Assembly (NCBI RefSeq): GCF_006345805.1
Contig: NC_043000.1
Coordinates: 160,890,001 to 160,954,000, forward strand
From: Octopus sinensis
Taxonomy: Eukaryota
Reading direction: 5' to 3'
Length of the DNA stretch: 64,000 nucleotides
The notes beneath the pieces were generated by a model that searched no databases, was not told the origin of the DNA, and worked only from the letters and a program-made list of their open reading frames with translations. The position numbers and the translations under genes were made by a program. The first letter of the stretch is position 1. Every line of letters begins with the position of its first letter. This document shows, piece by piece, positions 1 to 13,447 of the stretch.

Positions 1-69
1 ACGATTCCTTTTGGTTCTCTTTGTCCGCTTTCTCGTTAATTGATAAATATGTGTTTGTGCATGTGCTTA

Positions 70-104
<35 letters not shown>

Positions 105-1159
105 ATGTTAGTGTTATGATATAGTGAGTACATCAGGTATTTGAAATATATCTAATAAAGCATAGTATTACAAAAGGCAATTTACCATTATGATAGCCAT
201 CTACGTATCATATTTAATGCAAATACATCATGAAAAGCTAAATTAACTGCGGTATTCACCTGGAGATAGTATCACTTTTGGATGTTATGTATCAGCACAA
301 ATATATCTGATTTTTATATAGCTGGGGTGAGGAGGGGTAACTGCTACACCAATGATTTTTGAATCACTGCTTTTCGATATCAGTGTCGACGGATTCTGTC
401 TTAGCATGCACTTGCTTGTGGATACTTGCTACAGACAAAGTCCAAGTTGTCAGAAATGCACATCTAACCTTCCAACCACTATTTCTGGGGGATGTTATGT
501 GAAACGGATTTGTTTGTGTTATTTAACACAGTACATCTATAAGAGATATTATCTCTTATCGCCATTTATTTCGCTTTCCGTGATGCATTTGGATTATGTA
601 TGATACACAGGTGGCTATTTTAATTTAATACTACTTCTGTTGCACATAAGGGATTTTTATGATTATATCTTTAAAGAATTTCCAACCCACGATCTCACAT
701 TGCATAAATGCATGTTCCAATACTAAGAAACATTAGCATCCCACGCAGTATTGTTAGAACAGATTAATTACAAGACAAATACCCATTGCGCAACATTAAT
801 TACCATACTCTTAATTTTAGTATAAATAGCTGTACAAATTCTAAACTTCAGAAATTAACATCTCGATGGAACCGAAATATCATTGTTTGCATTGCTATTT
901 CATTTATCGTGAAATTTCAAGGAAGCCATTCAAGGTTTTCGTTAAAACTAATCATGTGTATTGATGTATCTTTATAATACGCCATAGATTAGTCAGTGAA
1001 AGGTTGCACACAACCCCATCAAAAAGAAAAAAAATGTATTAAAGTTTACTTAAACCTTGCCTTCCACAAAATAGATTTTGATAATAGTAATATTGTCAAA
1101 ATTAAGTCAGTACTTGGGGTATAGTCGAGTTTATGCATGTCTCTGGTAAAGAAATTCAC

Positions 1160-1381
1160 TTAACTAAAATGTCGTTTCGAGTCAACAGTAGCACATGGTA
1201 CACTAGGATAGTGTTTTCTATTTGATCCATTTGATCAAAGTCGTGTGAAAGAAATTTAGTGGGTATACTATACGTAGAAATAAATCCGATTTTTACTTTA
1301 TTAAACTCATCTCGCTCTCCGAGAGCCTCAGCGGTGATCCCTTTCTTAAAATGTTTTGACCAGATCTTCCTTCTTAACATT
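1160..1381 (-). CDS. Candidate coding exon (222 bp) following an 82-nt intron, in frame with the 1464-1655 exon
   Basis: Acceptor tcttttttgaatacattcaag|A (AAG, non-optimal). GA+A gives Glu, then MLRRKIWSKHF...RNDILVK in frame. Ends at possible donor AA|gtgaat or at the TGA stop. Confidence 0.4.
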
Positions 1382-1463
1382 CTTGAATGTATTCAAAAAA
1401 GAGTCATAGTTATTATATTTTCACCTCTCACTCAGTGGGAGAAAATAAATAAATTTTGCTTAC

Positions 1464-1655
1464 TCTATATTGCCTTCTGTCAGTTCTATTTCGGATTGTC
1501 TACGAATAATCAGCCTCTGGCAAAATTCTATCCAGTTTCTCATTCTGTTTCTTTTACATTGCAGCATGGCTGTGATGTTGATTACTTTCATATGATAGAT
1601 AGTGAGCAAAAGCCTATTTTGGTAACAATAAGGAAGACCGACATACTGAATATAC
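1464..1655 (-). CDS. Candidate internal coding exon (192 bp, phase 2-2) of an unidentified minus-strand host gene
   Basis: Strong acceptor cattcctatcacctcattttacag|G at 1656 and donor GA|gtaagc at 1463. One open frame (YIQYVGLPYCYQNRLL...ELTEGNIE). Length is a multiple of 3. No homologue recognised. Confidence 0.45.
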
Positions 1656-2809
1656 CTGTAAAATGAGGTGATAGGAATGCCATACAATGAAATGCAAGTT
1701 ATATCTGACGATTATTTATAATTCAAACTATAATCTGAAATAACTAGTACTCTTATTCTTCAAAACAAACATAAAATCTACCCACTCCGCATTCAAATAA
1801 TCAAGCGATCAAAAAGAAATCTACATTATTAAATGACAGAATCTCTTAAGTAGCACAACCTACAAGAAATAGAGGCTAAATGTCCCTCAAATTGGATCCT
1901 AACACATTATGTTATGTAATCCTGTGTCTACTACTAAGACTCAGGGTACTACTAGTAAGATGCATGGTGGTATACTATTAAGATGCATGTACTAGATTGG
2001 CCGATTTTCTATCGGGGCAAAATGATAATGTAAACCTACAATAACAACAAAACAAATATATGGATATCTGCCTAGGATTACGAGTAGTTTTCAAAATATA
2101 GATTAAAGCTCTAATACATTTTCATAGTCGAATTAATATCTGAACAGGAAGTGTATTAGAATTCAGTTTGCTGGGAATTTGCACAGTCTGTCACACTATT
2201 TTAGATCAATTGCACAAGCATTATCCAGTGTTATTCTTAAATTGCTCATATGGTTAAGAATATCCTAATACATATAATTTGTCAGATTGGCAAATTTCAT
2301 TACACAATTTCAGACGAGCTGTCTACATCTGCATTTGTTTCCGACAAACATACAGAACAGCATTCGGGGTAAAACGAAACTATTCCATTATGAAATTCAT
2401 TAATAATATTTGGGCATTTAGTAAAATAAGCTAGCAGCTTAATGGGGTAAGAAGCACATGCACACACTTCTATTCACTCGCAAACGCATCGCATATAGGC
2501 GTCTGTGTGTGTGTAATATAGAAGTGTGTGTATGTATAATTTATATGTGTGTGTATGTGTATGTGTGTGTGTGTGTGTTGTGTGTGTGTGTGTACTTTTT
2601 ATTGAAACTAGAACTGAGTTTGCCGCGCGACTTCAGTTTCACAAAGCTGCGATGAAAACTTCAGCCGTTCTTCAGAGTCTTTGGCGTGAAACTTAATACG
2701 TGACACAAACTTTCTATTTCGATAAAGACTATATACTCTCCACCATATATTGGCGACTCTTTTCTCATTCGCTCGACATAAAACATACCTACACACACAC
2801 AGATATATA

Positions 2810-3150
<341 letters not shown>

Positions 3151-3164
3151 ATGCACACACACAT

Positions 3165-3620
3165 AGTCAATCCAAGAAAGAACAAGCAAGAAAAACACAA
3201 CAACGCGAGGACGTGTTACAAGTACTGTGTTATTGGACGCTCAGGAAAGGAAAGAAAAGAAAGAGGATTTCACCTTTCGAGCGCAGCTCTTCGTCAGAAA
3301 TATAGAAAAAGAAGGGAAGACGGAGAAAGAAAATCGCCAACGATACACACGCGGTTACATATTGAAATGACATGAAGGGAATGGGTGAAGAAAAAGTTCT
3401 TTCTAAGACAGGAGAGTGCAAGAGAAGGAGGTATGTGTGTGTGTGTGTGTGTGTGTAATGATAGCACATGTATGTGCGTATGTGCGTATGTATGTGTGTG
3501 TGGTTGTGGATGTTTATGTATGTGTGTGGTTGGAATCTGTGTCGCTTAATGTCATAGGAGAATTTATAGTAAGAATTTTTGGTAGTTGTGGCTGTCTGTT
3601 GTATGTCTCCCTTCATATGT
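3165..3620 (-). mobile_element. Dispersed non-coding repeat (PLE pseudo-LTR/retrozyme-like) carrying a hammerhead motif; copy 1
   Basis: Colinear with 30836-31287 (e.g. atagtcaatcca...aacgcgagga...tattggacg.tcaggaaagg...tcgccaacgat.cacacg). Part is also shared with 4700-4850. Confidence 0.7.
3267..3301 (-). ncRNA. Minimal hammerhead ribozyme-like motif, degenerate (G17, helix III mismatch)
   Basis: Minus strand: ATTT CTGACGA A GAGC-TGC-GCTC GAAA GG TG AAAT. Confidence 0.55.
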
Positions 3621-3883
3621 TCGCAGGAGAGCGGTCAGTTAAAAGGGGTTTAACTGGTAGCTTGAAGTATGTGTGTGTGCGTGTATGTATATGTTGTGTG
3701 TGTATGTTTTGTGTGCAGTGTGTGTCTGGACTACTATGTGTTCTGATAGCCGCGTCCTTTAGAGGAGCTTTCTTCGATGGGTACACGATTCTCTGAATCT
3801 ACTTCTTCAACTACAAATGTATGTGTGTGTGAGGGAGACACGTGTGTGTGTGTGTGCGTGCGCGCGTGCGTGTGTGTATAGAC

Positions 3884-4410
3884 TACTGCTCCCAACTATA
3901 GTCAACACTGTGTAAAAGTAAGCGATAGAACTCGAAGCAATCCAGCAAAACTATACAGGTAACATATAACAATACGACATATCAACTACTGGAAGACACT
4001 GAAACAGTTAAGAGTCAACTCCCTAGAACGGAGACGGGAACGGTATGCCGTGATACACACCTGGAGAATACTAGGACTTGTAACAAATTTTGGCACTGAA
4101 AGTTACACAAAATAGCACAACGATGCGCCACTGCATAATGCCAAAAATCCAAATGCTTCCATCACGAAACATGACTAGCTACAGATTGTGCTTCAAGGCC
4201 CACAGGTCTTCAATACCTTTAAACCAACTTCAATACCTTTGAAAAAAGCCTGAGAGACCTAGATGGGGTTCATGTGGATGTCTTTCAAAAAATACTGGAT
4301 CTCCTTCTGTGAAAAGTTTGGGATGAATCTAGATGGCTGCAAGAATCGCAGATGAGGACAGCGACAGCAACTCCATCATTCACCAAATGCCACTTGCAGA
4401 GGAGGCTTCA
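3884..4410 (+). pseudogene. Degraded 3' end of a CR1-type LINE ORF2
   Basis: Translates in broken frames to YCSQL...ELEAIQ...HINYWKTLKQLRVNSLERRRERYAVIHTWRIL, matching the LERRRERY C-terminal motif also seen at 30350-30400. Confidence 0.75.
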
Positions 4411-4489
4411 AGTAGTGAAAGTGCAGCCAAGATAATGACGGTGCCCGGTGGCTTTCGACATGAAACCAAGATATCTATGTATATATGTA

Positions 4490-4683
4490 GAGAGAGAGTT
4501 TACGAAAAAAACAGAAGACGAAGACAGATGGTGTACAAAACAAACAGATGTATTAGTATAACGCTCAGGAATAGAAAAAGTCTAATATGTTTCGAGCCTA
4601 CGTTCTTCTTCAGAAAGGGACAGAAAAAACAAGGAGAGAAAAAAATGTGTGTAGTGGCAAACGATCTATCATGCCAACTGACC
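4490..4683 (-). mobile_element. PLE pseudo-LTR-like repeat with decayed hammerhead motif (4582-4618)
   Basis: Minus strand CCTTT CTGAAGA A GAAC-GTAG-GCTC GAAA CATA; same subfamily as 59710-59840. Confidence 0.55.
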
Positions 4684-4699
4684 ATATATATGTATATAT

Positions 4700-4850
4700 G
4701 ATTTTTTTCCTCTGTCCTCCCGTCTCTGGATCTTTCCTTCTCCTATGTTTCCGACGAAGAGCTCCGCTCGAAACGTTAAACCCTCCTTCTTCCCTTCTTT
4801 CCTGAGCGTCCAATAATACTTTATTTGTTCCACGTATATCATCTAAGACC
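4700..4850 (+). mobile_element. PLE pseudo-LTR-like repeat, head-to-head with 4490-4683
   Basis: Shares gaagagctccgctcgaaacgt and tttcctgagcgtccaataa with the reverse complements of 3165-3620 and 30836-31287. Confidence 0.6.
4747..4781 (+). ncRNA. Minimal type-I hammerhead ribozyme motif (U4C core variant)
   Basis: GTTT CCGACGA A GAGC-TCC-GCTC GAAA CG TT AAAC: helix I GTTT/AAAC, helix II 4 bp, palindromic ACGT helix III. Confidence 0.6.
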
Positions 4851-5224
4851 AACATCAACCCATTAAGTAGACCTTTACCACCTAGATCATCAGTCGTTTG
4901 AAATTAGATTCAGCAGCTATGGATTTTCGGCAGAATCTGAACTACATGTTACCAACATTTTCGTGACTATTGTTGTTGCTGCTGCTTCTGCGGTTGCTGC
5001 TGTTCTTGTTGTTGTTATCATTGCGGCTTAAACCCAAGTTTCGCGAAGCCTCATCAAGGAGATTTCTAATCGAAAACATTCAAGCCATGACAATATCTTC
5101 TTTCTTTGTCCGAAATCCAATAAATGGCTGAAAATTCTCGGTGCAGGACATTGACTTTCCTGTTACAATGTTCATCACTATTTCCAACTTTTATCATTGT
5201 ACATACTTCTATGTTAAATGACCA

Positions 5225-5240
5225 TTTACTTATCTATCTT

Positions 5241-5328
<88 letters not shown>

Positions 5329-5343
5329 CCTATCTATCTATCG

Positions 5344-5431
<88 letters not shown>

Positions 5432-5450
5432 GTCTATCTATCTATTCTAC

Positions 5451-5513
<63 letters not shown>

Positions 5514-5543
5514 CCTATCTATCTATCTATCTATCTATCTATT

Positions 5544-5582
<39 letters not shown>

Positions 5583-5692
5583 CCATGAATCGATCAATCG
5601 ACGAATGTAACTCTGTAATATATATATACAAAGAGAAGGGAGAGGAAAATGTGTGCATATGTGTATGCGTGCAGAGATATTTATACATAAGA

Positions 5693-5742
<50 letters not shown>

Positions 5743-5945
5743 TATATATATAGATACATATATATATAGGTATATGTATACACATATATACATATGTATA
5801 TATATATTGTATATATATATATTATATATATATTATATATATATATGTTTGTATATATGTATGTGTATGTATGCATGTAGGTATGTATGCATGCATGCAT
5901 ATATACAATAATAAATACACACAGACATACATACATACATATCAA
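5225..5945. repeat. (TATC)n, (TC)n and (TA)n microsatellites
   Basis: Directly visible. Confidence 0.97.
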
Positions 5946-6792
5946 ACTTATCTCTAATCACGACCGGTCATTTGATTAGATGCCCTGGACAGTTCATTAG
6001 ACACACCTCACTGCAGTTGGCAGCAGCTCTGACTATTACCTCATTGAAGAGATTTTTTTTTTCTTTTCTGTTCTGCAGTGATCATTTCTAATTTCAAATG
6101 TGTGTGTACAGAGGCCATTGCAGACTATCCAGTAAGTTTGCGAATGTATGATGCGTGAGTGTATAAAAGAAAGAGAAAGGGTGGAGGAAGTAGGAGATAC
6201 AGGTTGGAAGTTAAGGATATTCCTCCAATACTTAATTTCAGGAAATGTTGCCTTTATGATTGAATGCCTTTCTATTAATATCCAAATAATACTATAAATA
6301 ATTACTGATGAACAATTGTTTCGATCTCACCACATCAACATTGACCCCCTATTCTTCAGCAAAGATCATAATCCCCGCGTGAGTGAGACAGAGCAACATG
6401 TCCAGTCTGTCACACTGCATATAGGGAAGTGTGGTATTGCTTGCAGATCCGTGGTGATATGCTCTAATTAGAGAAACATATCTATGGGTTACGCATGGGC
6501 GTTCCATGAGTGCTGGCCTGCAGCTACACACTAACAGCAAAGTGCAAAAGGAAAGGCGAAGACGTAAGCAACAATAACAATGAAAACAGGAACGTTGGCT
6601 GCAAAAATAACTGCATCAATGACAACACCAACAACGCAAGCTGATGTGGAAAAATTCACTCCACGGTTCACTTTGGAACTTCTTAAATCTTATTGAAATT
6701 AAAGTTAAGGAGGATCCCTCTCATCTCGGGCAAAAGGCTAACAGGAAGCAGGAACTCTGTAGCGCATTACCATTGTCTTTTTTCTTTTTTTT

Positions 6793-6990
6793 TTCTTTTA
6801 CTTGTTTCAGTCATTTGACTGCGGCCATGCTGGAGCACCGCCTTTAGTCGAGCAAATCGACCACAGGACTTATTCTTTGTAAGCCTAGTACTTATTCTAT
6901 CGGTCTCTCTTGCCGAACCGCTAATGACGGGGACATAAACACACCAGTGATGTTGGGGGGACTAATACAAACACACAAATATATACATGC

Positions 6991-7064
<74 letters not shown>

Positions 7065-7223
7065 TATAATGACGGGCTTCTTTCAGTTTCGATCTACCAA
7101 ATTCACTCACAAGTCTTTGGTCGGCCCGAGGCTATAATAGAAGACACTTAAGGTGCCACGCAGTGGGACTGAACCCGGAACTATGTGGTTGGTAAGCAAG
7201 TCACTGAACACACAGCCACTCCT
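6793..7223 (-). mobile_element. tRNA-derived SINE, family A
   Basis: Reverse complement of head aggagtggctgtgtg...gttccgggttcagtcccactgcgtggcacc (box A/B-like), internal (TA)n, tail ccagcatggccgcagtcaaatgactgaaacaagtaaaag; at least 6 copies in the window. Confidence 0.9.
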
Positions 7224-8999
7224 ATCATTATTTATTACACATTGAAGTAGTTATTTAATGTTGAATCATTGACAATGTAGAGCTTCAATGATTAAAAGAC
7301 GTTTCAACAATTTATTAGCTGGTGTTCCTAAAAAAACTATAACGGTGGTCTTATACATCATACAACGAATAAACGCGGTTACCTTTCATGGTTGCTCGAT
7401 CAGCCAGAAATAGGAAAACAGTTAAATTAGTGTCTTAAATACGGAATTACATATTTTAAACTGCAAGCCTAAGAAGGTACTGATACACCCGTTGGTCTCG
7501 GGAAGAATACAGTTTAAAATAGATCTTCTTACTCAGGATTTTAATAGTAATAACACTGGTCATAACCTTGATGTCGTTGATATTCATACTCAGACACACC
7601 TCAATTCTATTGGGTTTAGATAACCCATTGACCACTGTCTCCAACATCACTTTTTTCGGTATCATCGCTAAACCAGATGTAGACAAAAAACGCAATCATG
7701 CACGTCTCCCCTATCAGTATCCTAGACGTTGAAATACTACCAGTTCACAATTCAAGGTCTTCACTTGAAATAGTTATAGTTGTTTGGTCCAAAATGAGGT
7801 CTGATATGACCGGAAGCAATGCAGCCGTAAGTTTTCAGTTATAAATTTAGTAAATGTAACCCTACTTTTTAAAAGACATTTGGCTGCGTTTTGAGGAAAC
7901 ATTCGCGGCTATTTTGTGAGTCAAGCATCTATCGTAGAAGGATAGTTTACTACTCGTTAAAGTGTTAATAATGAATTTTTCTATTGGTTACTAGTTTTGA
8001 TCATGCAGAACCACGATCAAAGACTTCCATCCATGACCATCATGAGTTATTTTAAAATTCCAAATCTAGAATTGTCTTGTGTATGTCCATCCTTTTATAG
8101 ACAGAACAGAAAGATCTGAAGGCGATTTACCTGCTATTGCTAACAGGTGGTTTGAACATGCAGATGTTCCTTCTCTACATTCGATAAATGAGTCAAGGTG
8201 TCTATATGTGGTCACACGGAATGCTAGAAATAGAAGCCAAATCTCCTATACATCATACCCAGTCTTGATCTGTATAAAATATGCTTTAATAAGAGATGGG
8301 ATCGTCACAGCTGCACGTGATTTATCATAGGTCTCATCGAAAAGGTCTGACCTAAGGCTAAATAAGAACAATATATGTGTCAACCCCAGACAAAATAATA
8401 AAGAAATTATTAACAGCTTCTCTCTTTACATAGTATTATTTTGTTGATCAACACCAAACACTTCGATAAACACGTGGATATTCATACCGAAGTTATGCAC
8501 TAAATCACTACAGCTAATACATTACTACTAGAACAGCAATCATCAATACATCTAAAACTAACCCTAGCCGTAAATAGTTCTGTGTAAACACTACTAGATA
8601 ATAACCTGAAGACATTTGGAAATAGATATAAGGATTGTCGGATAAAAGTGGCGATACGTAGATAGATAAGGAAAGGAAGACAAGGCGATTAGATAGAGTA
8701 AGTAAATGGCAACGAAAGTGAGAGGGAAAAAAACATACGCGTTGTTCATAAATCTTCTCGCTATCATAGCACAGATGTCAAACTGAACTTGCTTCACTTC
8801 TTATATAATTGCAAGTAGATTCTACACCACATATGTTCAGATACATTCAAACGAGCATACATACAAATAATGCGTATTTTTGATTCGGTATTTATGGACT
8901 GTACATAATATATATGAATGTATTTACCTATGAATGTACGTGTATATGAATGTGTGTGAGTGTGTCTGTGTGTGTGTATGTGTGTCTGTGTGTTTCGGA

Positions 9000-9830
9000 T
9001 AAATTTGACAGTTTGCATAAAAGGAAAAGAAGACATAACATACCATCCGCAAATAAAACTATTATTAAAAAAATAAATATCAACTAGATTATGGCTGGAA
9101 AATAACAGTTTACTCAAAGTAACCACTCTCAGCTTCCACCACAGCCTCAAAACAGCTCAGAACTTGGCGCATGAGTTCTATATACTGTGTCCCGGGGAAG
9201 ATCTTCGAACATTTCTTTGATCGTGGCCACGATCCCATTCTTCCTGTTGCATGCTGAGCTGTTGCAGCCTTTCTCATCAACTGCATCTCACACACAGTAA
9301 TGCGTGAGATTACTACTGGAGGTATTAAGCGGCCAAAAATTGGAGCTAGTGAAGTAAAAGAAATTCTCTAATAACCACTTCAGACTCTTTCTGTAGGCAT
9401 GGTAAAGAGTTAAATCTTGCTGCCTCGCATATAGCATTCCAGTGGCAACCTTCTCCAGTTGGGGATTGACCGCATTCACCATCAGCTTCACGTAGCCGTT
9501 TGACCTAAGCCCAATGCCGTGTTCAAAGGTGAGGGAATGAATTCCGGCATGCGGACGTAGGCAGAATGTTTGCGACGTGCTTTCTCGCTGGCTGCAGCTT
9601 CACAGTCTCCGGTGCAGCTGTCCATATAACATATTACAGCCTTTACTCTGTTCGGAGAGCATTGAGCAGTAGCCATGGTATCGACATCTTGAAATCCGGC
9701 GCGAATCCTCATCATACAAGTAACTCATTTCTAATAATCAGATGGCTTCTACACCTCAGCATCAACTAACGTTTTCTCAACAACAGTTCTAATCCTTATG
9801 CTCTCCAATGGTGTCGTCTGTTCATGACTA
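9000..9830 (-). pseudogene. Degraded IS630-Tc1-mariner transposase, DD37D (maT-like)
   Basis: QQD-x37-(H for D) spacing in QQDLTLYHAYRKSLKWLLENF...FWPLNTSSSNLTHYCV; C-terminus IVATIKEMFEDLPRDTV...FEAVVEAESGYFE*. Multiple frameshifts. Confidence 0.75.
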
Positions 9831-9919
9831 CGTTAAACTGATCCTGGAAAAAGGGGTCATGAAAAATTGGTGATTTTAACTCGAGCACTATATATGTATC
9901 TCTCCACACACACACACAT

Positions 9920-9991
<72 letters not shown>

Positions 9992-10219
9992 AAGGTTGAG
10001 TTCAATTTTATCCTTTTACTTAGTGGAGGTCCAAAGTTAGATATCTGATAAAGATTTTTCATATTAAATTAGTGGCTTACTATTGTGAGTATTTAAAATA
10101 ATATATGAAAGTATAAGATGTATTATGAGCATTTATAGAACATATATCCTATATAAACTCAACAAACAATTAAAGATGGGGAAGAGAATATGTTAAAAGT
10201 TTTATAAAATTTTATTCCA

Positions 10220-10332
10220 TGCATACGATCGTTTCAAATGGTAACACCAACATGTAAGAAACATGGAAAAAATTAAATTAATTATAATTAATTAAATCAA
10301 TTTAATTACAGATTACCATTCTCCTCAGTACA
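10220..10332 (-). ncRNA. Type-I hammerhead ribozyme with complete core and long loop II
   Basis: Minus strand: TGTA CTGAGGA GAATGGTAA-(68 nt)-TTACCATTT GAAAC GATC GTA TGCA: 9-bp helix II, palindromic ACGATCGT helix III, GUA cleavage triplet, 4-bp helix I. Confidence 0.7.
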
Positions 10333-10657
10333 AAAAGAAGAATACATCAGAAAGAAAATATCAGAAGAATATTATGTTGTTACTGAACTCATAACTCATT
10401 CGGATATTCATATGATTATGAAAGACGAAATATAACATACTTAGGTAGTGTTGAGTCTAGTTGTGTAAGAAGTAAAACTGAAGTGGCAAACGGATATTTG
10501 AAATATAAGTGAAAAGGTTTAAGAAACATTCTCTCTATATGAGGATAATAATACAGTGAAATACATACCATATAAAGCATTTACCATAAGGAGTAAATCA
10601 TATTATATTTATATATACACATACACAGAGAGGCGCATACATATATATATATCTATC

Positions 10658-10976
10658 TAAAATATTAGAAAAAAAACACCTTTTATCAATTCAAAAATAA
10701 TAATTAAATTACACCATCTAGAAAATTACATATAATAAAAAGTTAAAATTAAAATAACAATAAAATGTAAAGATTAAGTAAATTACAAAAATAATAAAAA
10801 TGTATATAATAGGTAGAAAAACCGATTATATACATTTTTTAATTTTTGTAATTTACTTAGTCTTTACATTTTATTGTTATTTTAATTTAAACTTTTTATT
10901 ATATGTAATTTTCTAGATGGTGTAATTTAATTATTAATTTTGAATTGATAAAAGGTGTTTTTTTTCTAATATTTTA
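10658..10976. repeat. AT-rich near-perfect palindrome (about 153-bp arms, 14-nt loop)
   Basis: taaaatattagaaaaaaaacacc...aatgtatataat / aggtagaaaaaccg / attatatacatt...ggtgttttttttctaatatttta; flanked by (TA)n. Confidence 0.92.
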
Positions 10977-11072
10977 TATATATATCATATTGCGTGTAAT
11001 TTGATTTAGTATTTCTAAATTGAATTCTTTTTCCTTGTAAGTTTGGATTTTATTCCCTTAAATAATAATTAG

Positions 11073-11124
<52 letters not shown>

Positions 11125-12034
11125 AACATATATATACACATATATACATATACACATACATGTACATACCCACACACACATGCATACATATGTAAATTCA
11201 AAGTTGCAGCCTCCTCATACAATGTGTCTCACTGATTCTGCGTAAGAAATCTGTTGAGTACACCAGTCCGTGTAATACGCAGACGCTTAGAACTTAAAGT
11301 GAATGAGTAGATGATTTTGTTATACGTATGTATGTATGTTTGTATGTTTGTATGTATTCATGTATGTATGTGTATAGATATATGTATGTTTATGGATAAA
11401 AACACTTATAAATGAAGTTTCTATACGAAATGGATAAATCAACTACCTAACGCTAATATCCACTTCTATTGTTGTAATATGACTAATTGTGACATGCAAG
11501 TATATATCAAAATTTAACGTCAAAAATCTACCAGAATTTAAACTGAAATGATAGAACGGAACTTCCATTACACAAAGTTTGTTATAGTAATTTGAAAGGC
11601 TATAAATTTGAACTATAATCCAAAGCCTTCTGTTAGAACGATAAAGCCCAAAATAACGAAACTGCGATATTTAGCAAATCATTACTCGGCAAAGCAATCC
11701 CGTTAAAAAGTTATCACTCATTCCTTTAAGGTGCCTACATTCTTAACTTGATATAAAACCATACAGTTTAGTCATTTCATTTTCTCTACTTGATATTGAA
11801 ATAATATTACATGCATATAAATCGTACTTAAAACACCGAGGTGTTTTATTGATAAAATCACCATCGAGTACTGCATCTGATGTATGTATCCTTGCTAATA
11901 ACTAGGCAGAAATTAGTGGTCTTAATTGCCGTTTCATCTCTTATAATGTTAAAATAAATTTCCTCATACCGATGCGGGATTATACGAGATGAAGGCTCTA
12001 CACTTTCATCTTTTTCTTTTTCGTTTACTTGTTT

Positions 12035-12038
12035 ATTG

Positions 12039-12102
<64 letters not shown>

Positions 12103-12129
12103 CTATCTATCTATCTATCTATCTATCTA

Positions 12130-12198
<69 letters not shown>

Positions 12199-12341
12199 CT
12201 CCCTCCTCTTTCTCTCCTTTTACGATCCCTTTTGATCGAAACTCCCCCTTCCTTTTTTTTTTTTTTAAACCTTCAAAAGAAAAGCTCTACCTTGTAATTT
12301 GTTCTATCTGTGTGCAGCCCTGTGTGGCTAATAAAGAAACA

Positions 12342-12427
<86 letters not shown>

Positions 12428-12447
12428 CCTATCTATCTATCTACCTA

Positions 12448-12506
<59 letters not shown>

Positions 12507-12529
12507 AACTATCTATATATCTATCTATC

Positions 12530-12583
<54 letters not shown>

Positions 12584-12590
12584 ATATCTA
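12035..12590. repeat. (TATC)n and (TA)n microsatellites
   Basis: Directly visible. Confidence 0.97.
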
Positions 12591-12599
12591 TTTGTACAT

Positions 12600-13430
12600 T
12601 TGCAACCCAGAAATTATCAACAGAGTTCAGGAAATTTTCATCGTGTTGAAATAATACCCTTTTTTTTGTTACCGTTACTGAAACTCATGTTAACGAAGTC
12701 AGCTTCTTCGATGTCACACTTAGACTTTCTAACTCTTACAACTTCCTATCTGTAAGACTCAAAGGTTCCTTAAATTGCATTCATAAATTCTCTAAGTACC
12801 CTAAAAAACATTACCAACAGTCCAATCAGGAATGTCTCTCTTAGAATATTCGCCAATCAGCAAAATTTCAGTGAACCTGCAGTTTATTACATAATGAAGC
12901 AATAACTAGAAGCGATTTCAAAGAGGAAAAAGCCTATATATTGATCCTATAACTAAAATATACAATTTGAAACAGAAACAAAACCGTTGTTAGCAGGGTA
13001 TAATATTTAACTTACCTCTAACCACCCTAATATCTAAATTTACCTTAAATTAGAAAACATTTCCACCCAGTGTGTATATTTCAAAGTGTTCTTAATGAAA
13101 ATAAAATTAATGCTTTTTTGCAACAGCATATATAATTTTAGGAAGTCTTTATATGTTCTAACTTACGAAGGCTTAATTCAAACTCTATCGTAACCAAATT
13201 CGTAGCAATATCCTGACTCAAAACAAGTATTTGTAACAACCCTAGTAAATGCTATTTAAACTTTACAAGATTAATAATGATCTAAGATTAATAGGGCATC
13301 AAAGTACTCCGGCGATTCTTGTCTGCCAACGTTAGAAATACATATAAGAGGCCCTCATAAGGTAAAATATGCAGCATTCGGTGTTCTGTCTAGGCATCCA
13401 CTTTAAGTTGGTTTTAAAGATTCATTTTTG
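12600..13430 (+). pseudogene. Degraded Penelope-like element, RT C-terminus to GIY-YIG region
   Basis: VSFFDVTL (cf. NFLDVTL), LNCIHKFSKYP (cf. YIHKLSNHP), ANQQNFSEPAVYY.NEAITRSDFKE; many stops and frameshifts. Confidence 0.65.
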
Positions 13431-13447
13431 ATATTAATTCTACTTCC

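Noticed and set aside
1259-1666. 135-aa plus-strand ORF
   Set aside because: It is the antisense shadow of the candidate minus-strand exons; splice signals favour the minus strand and there is no recognisable motif.
2605-2680. Hammerhead-like motif on the minus strand (CTGAAGA...CGGCAAAC)
   Set aside because: GAAA is absent and helices are unresolved; it may be a deleted relic related to 41600-41620 but cannot be supported.
13010-13016. Consensus minus-strand splice donor
   Set aside because: It lies within PLE coding remnants (the WFNPP-like region) with no open upstream exon.
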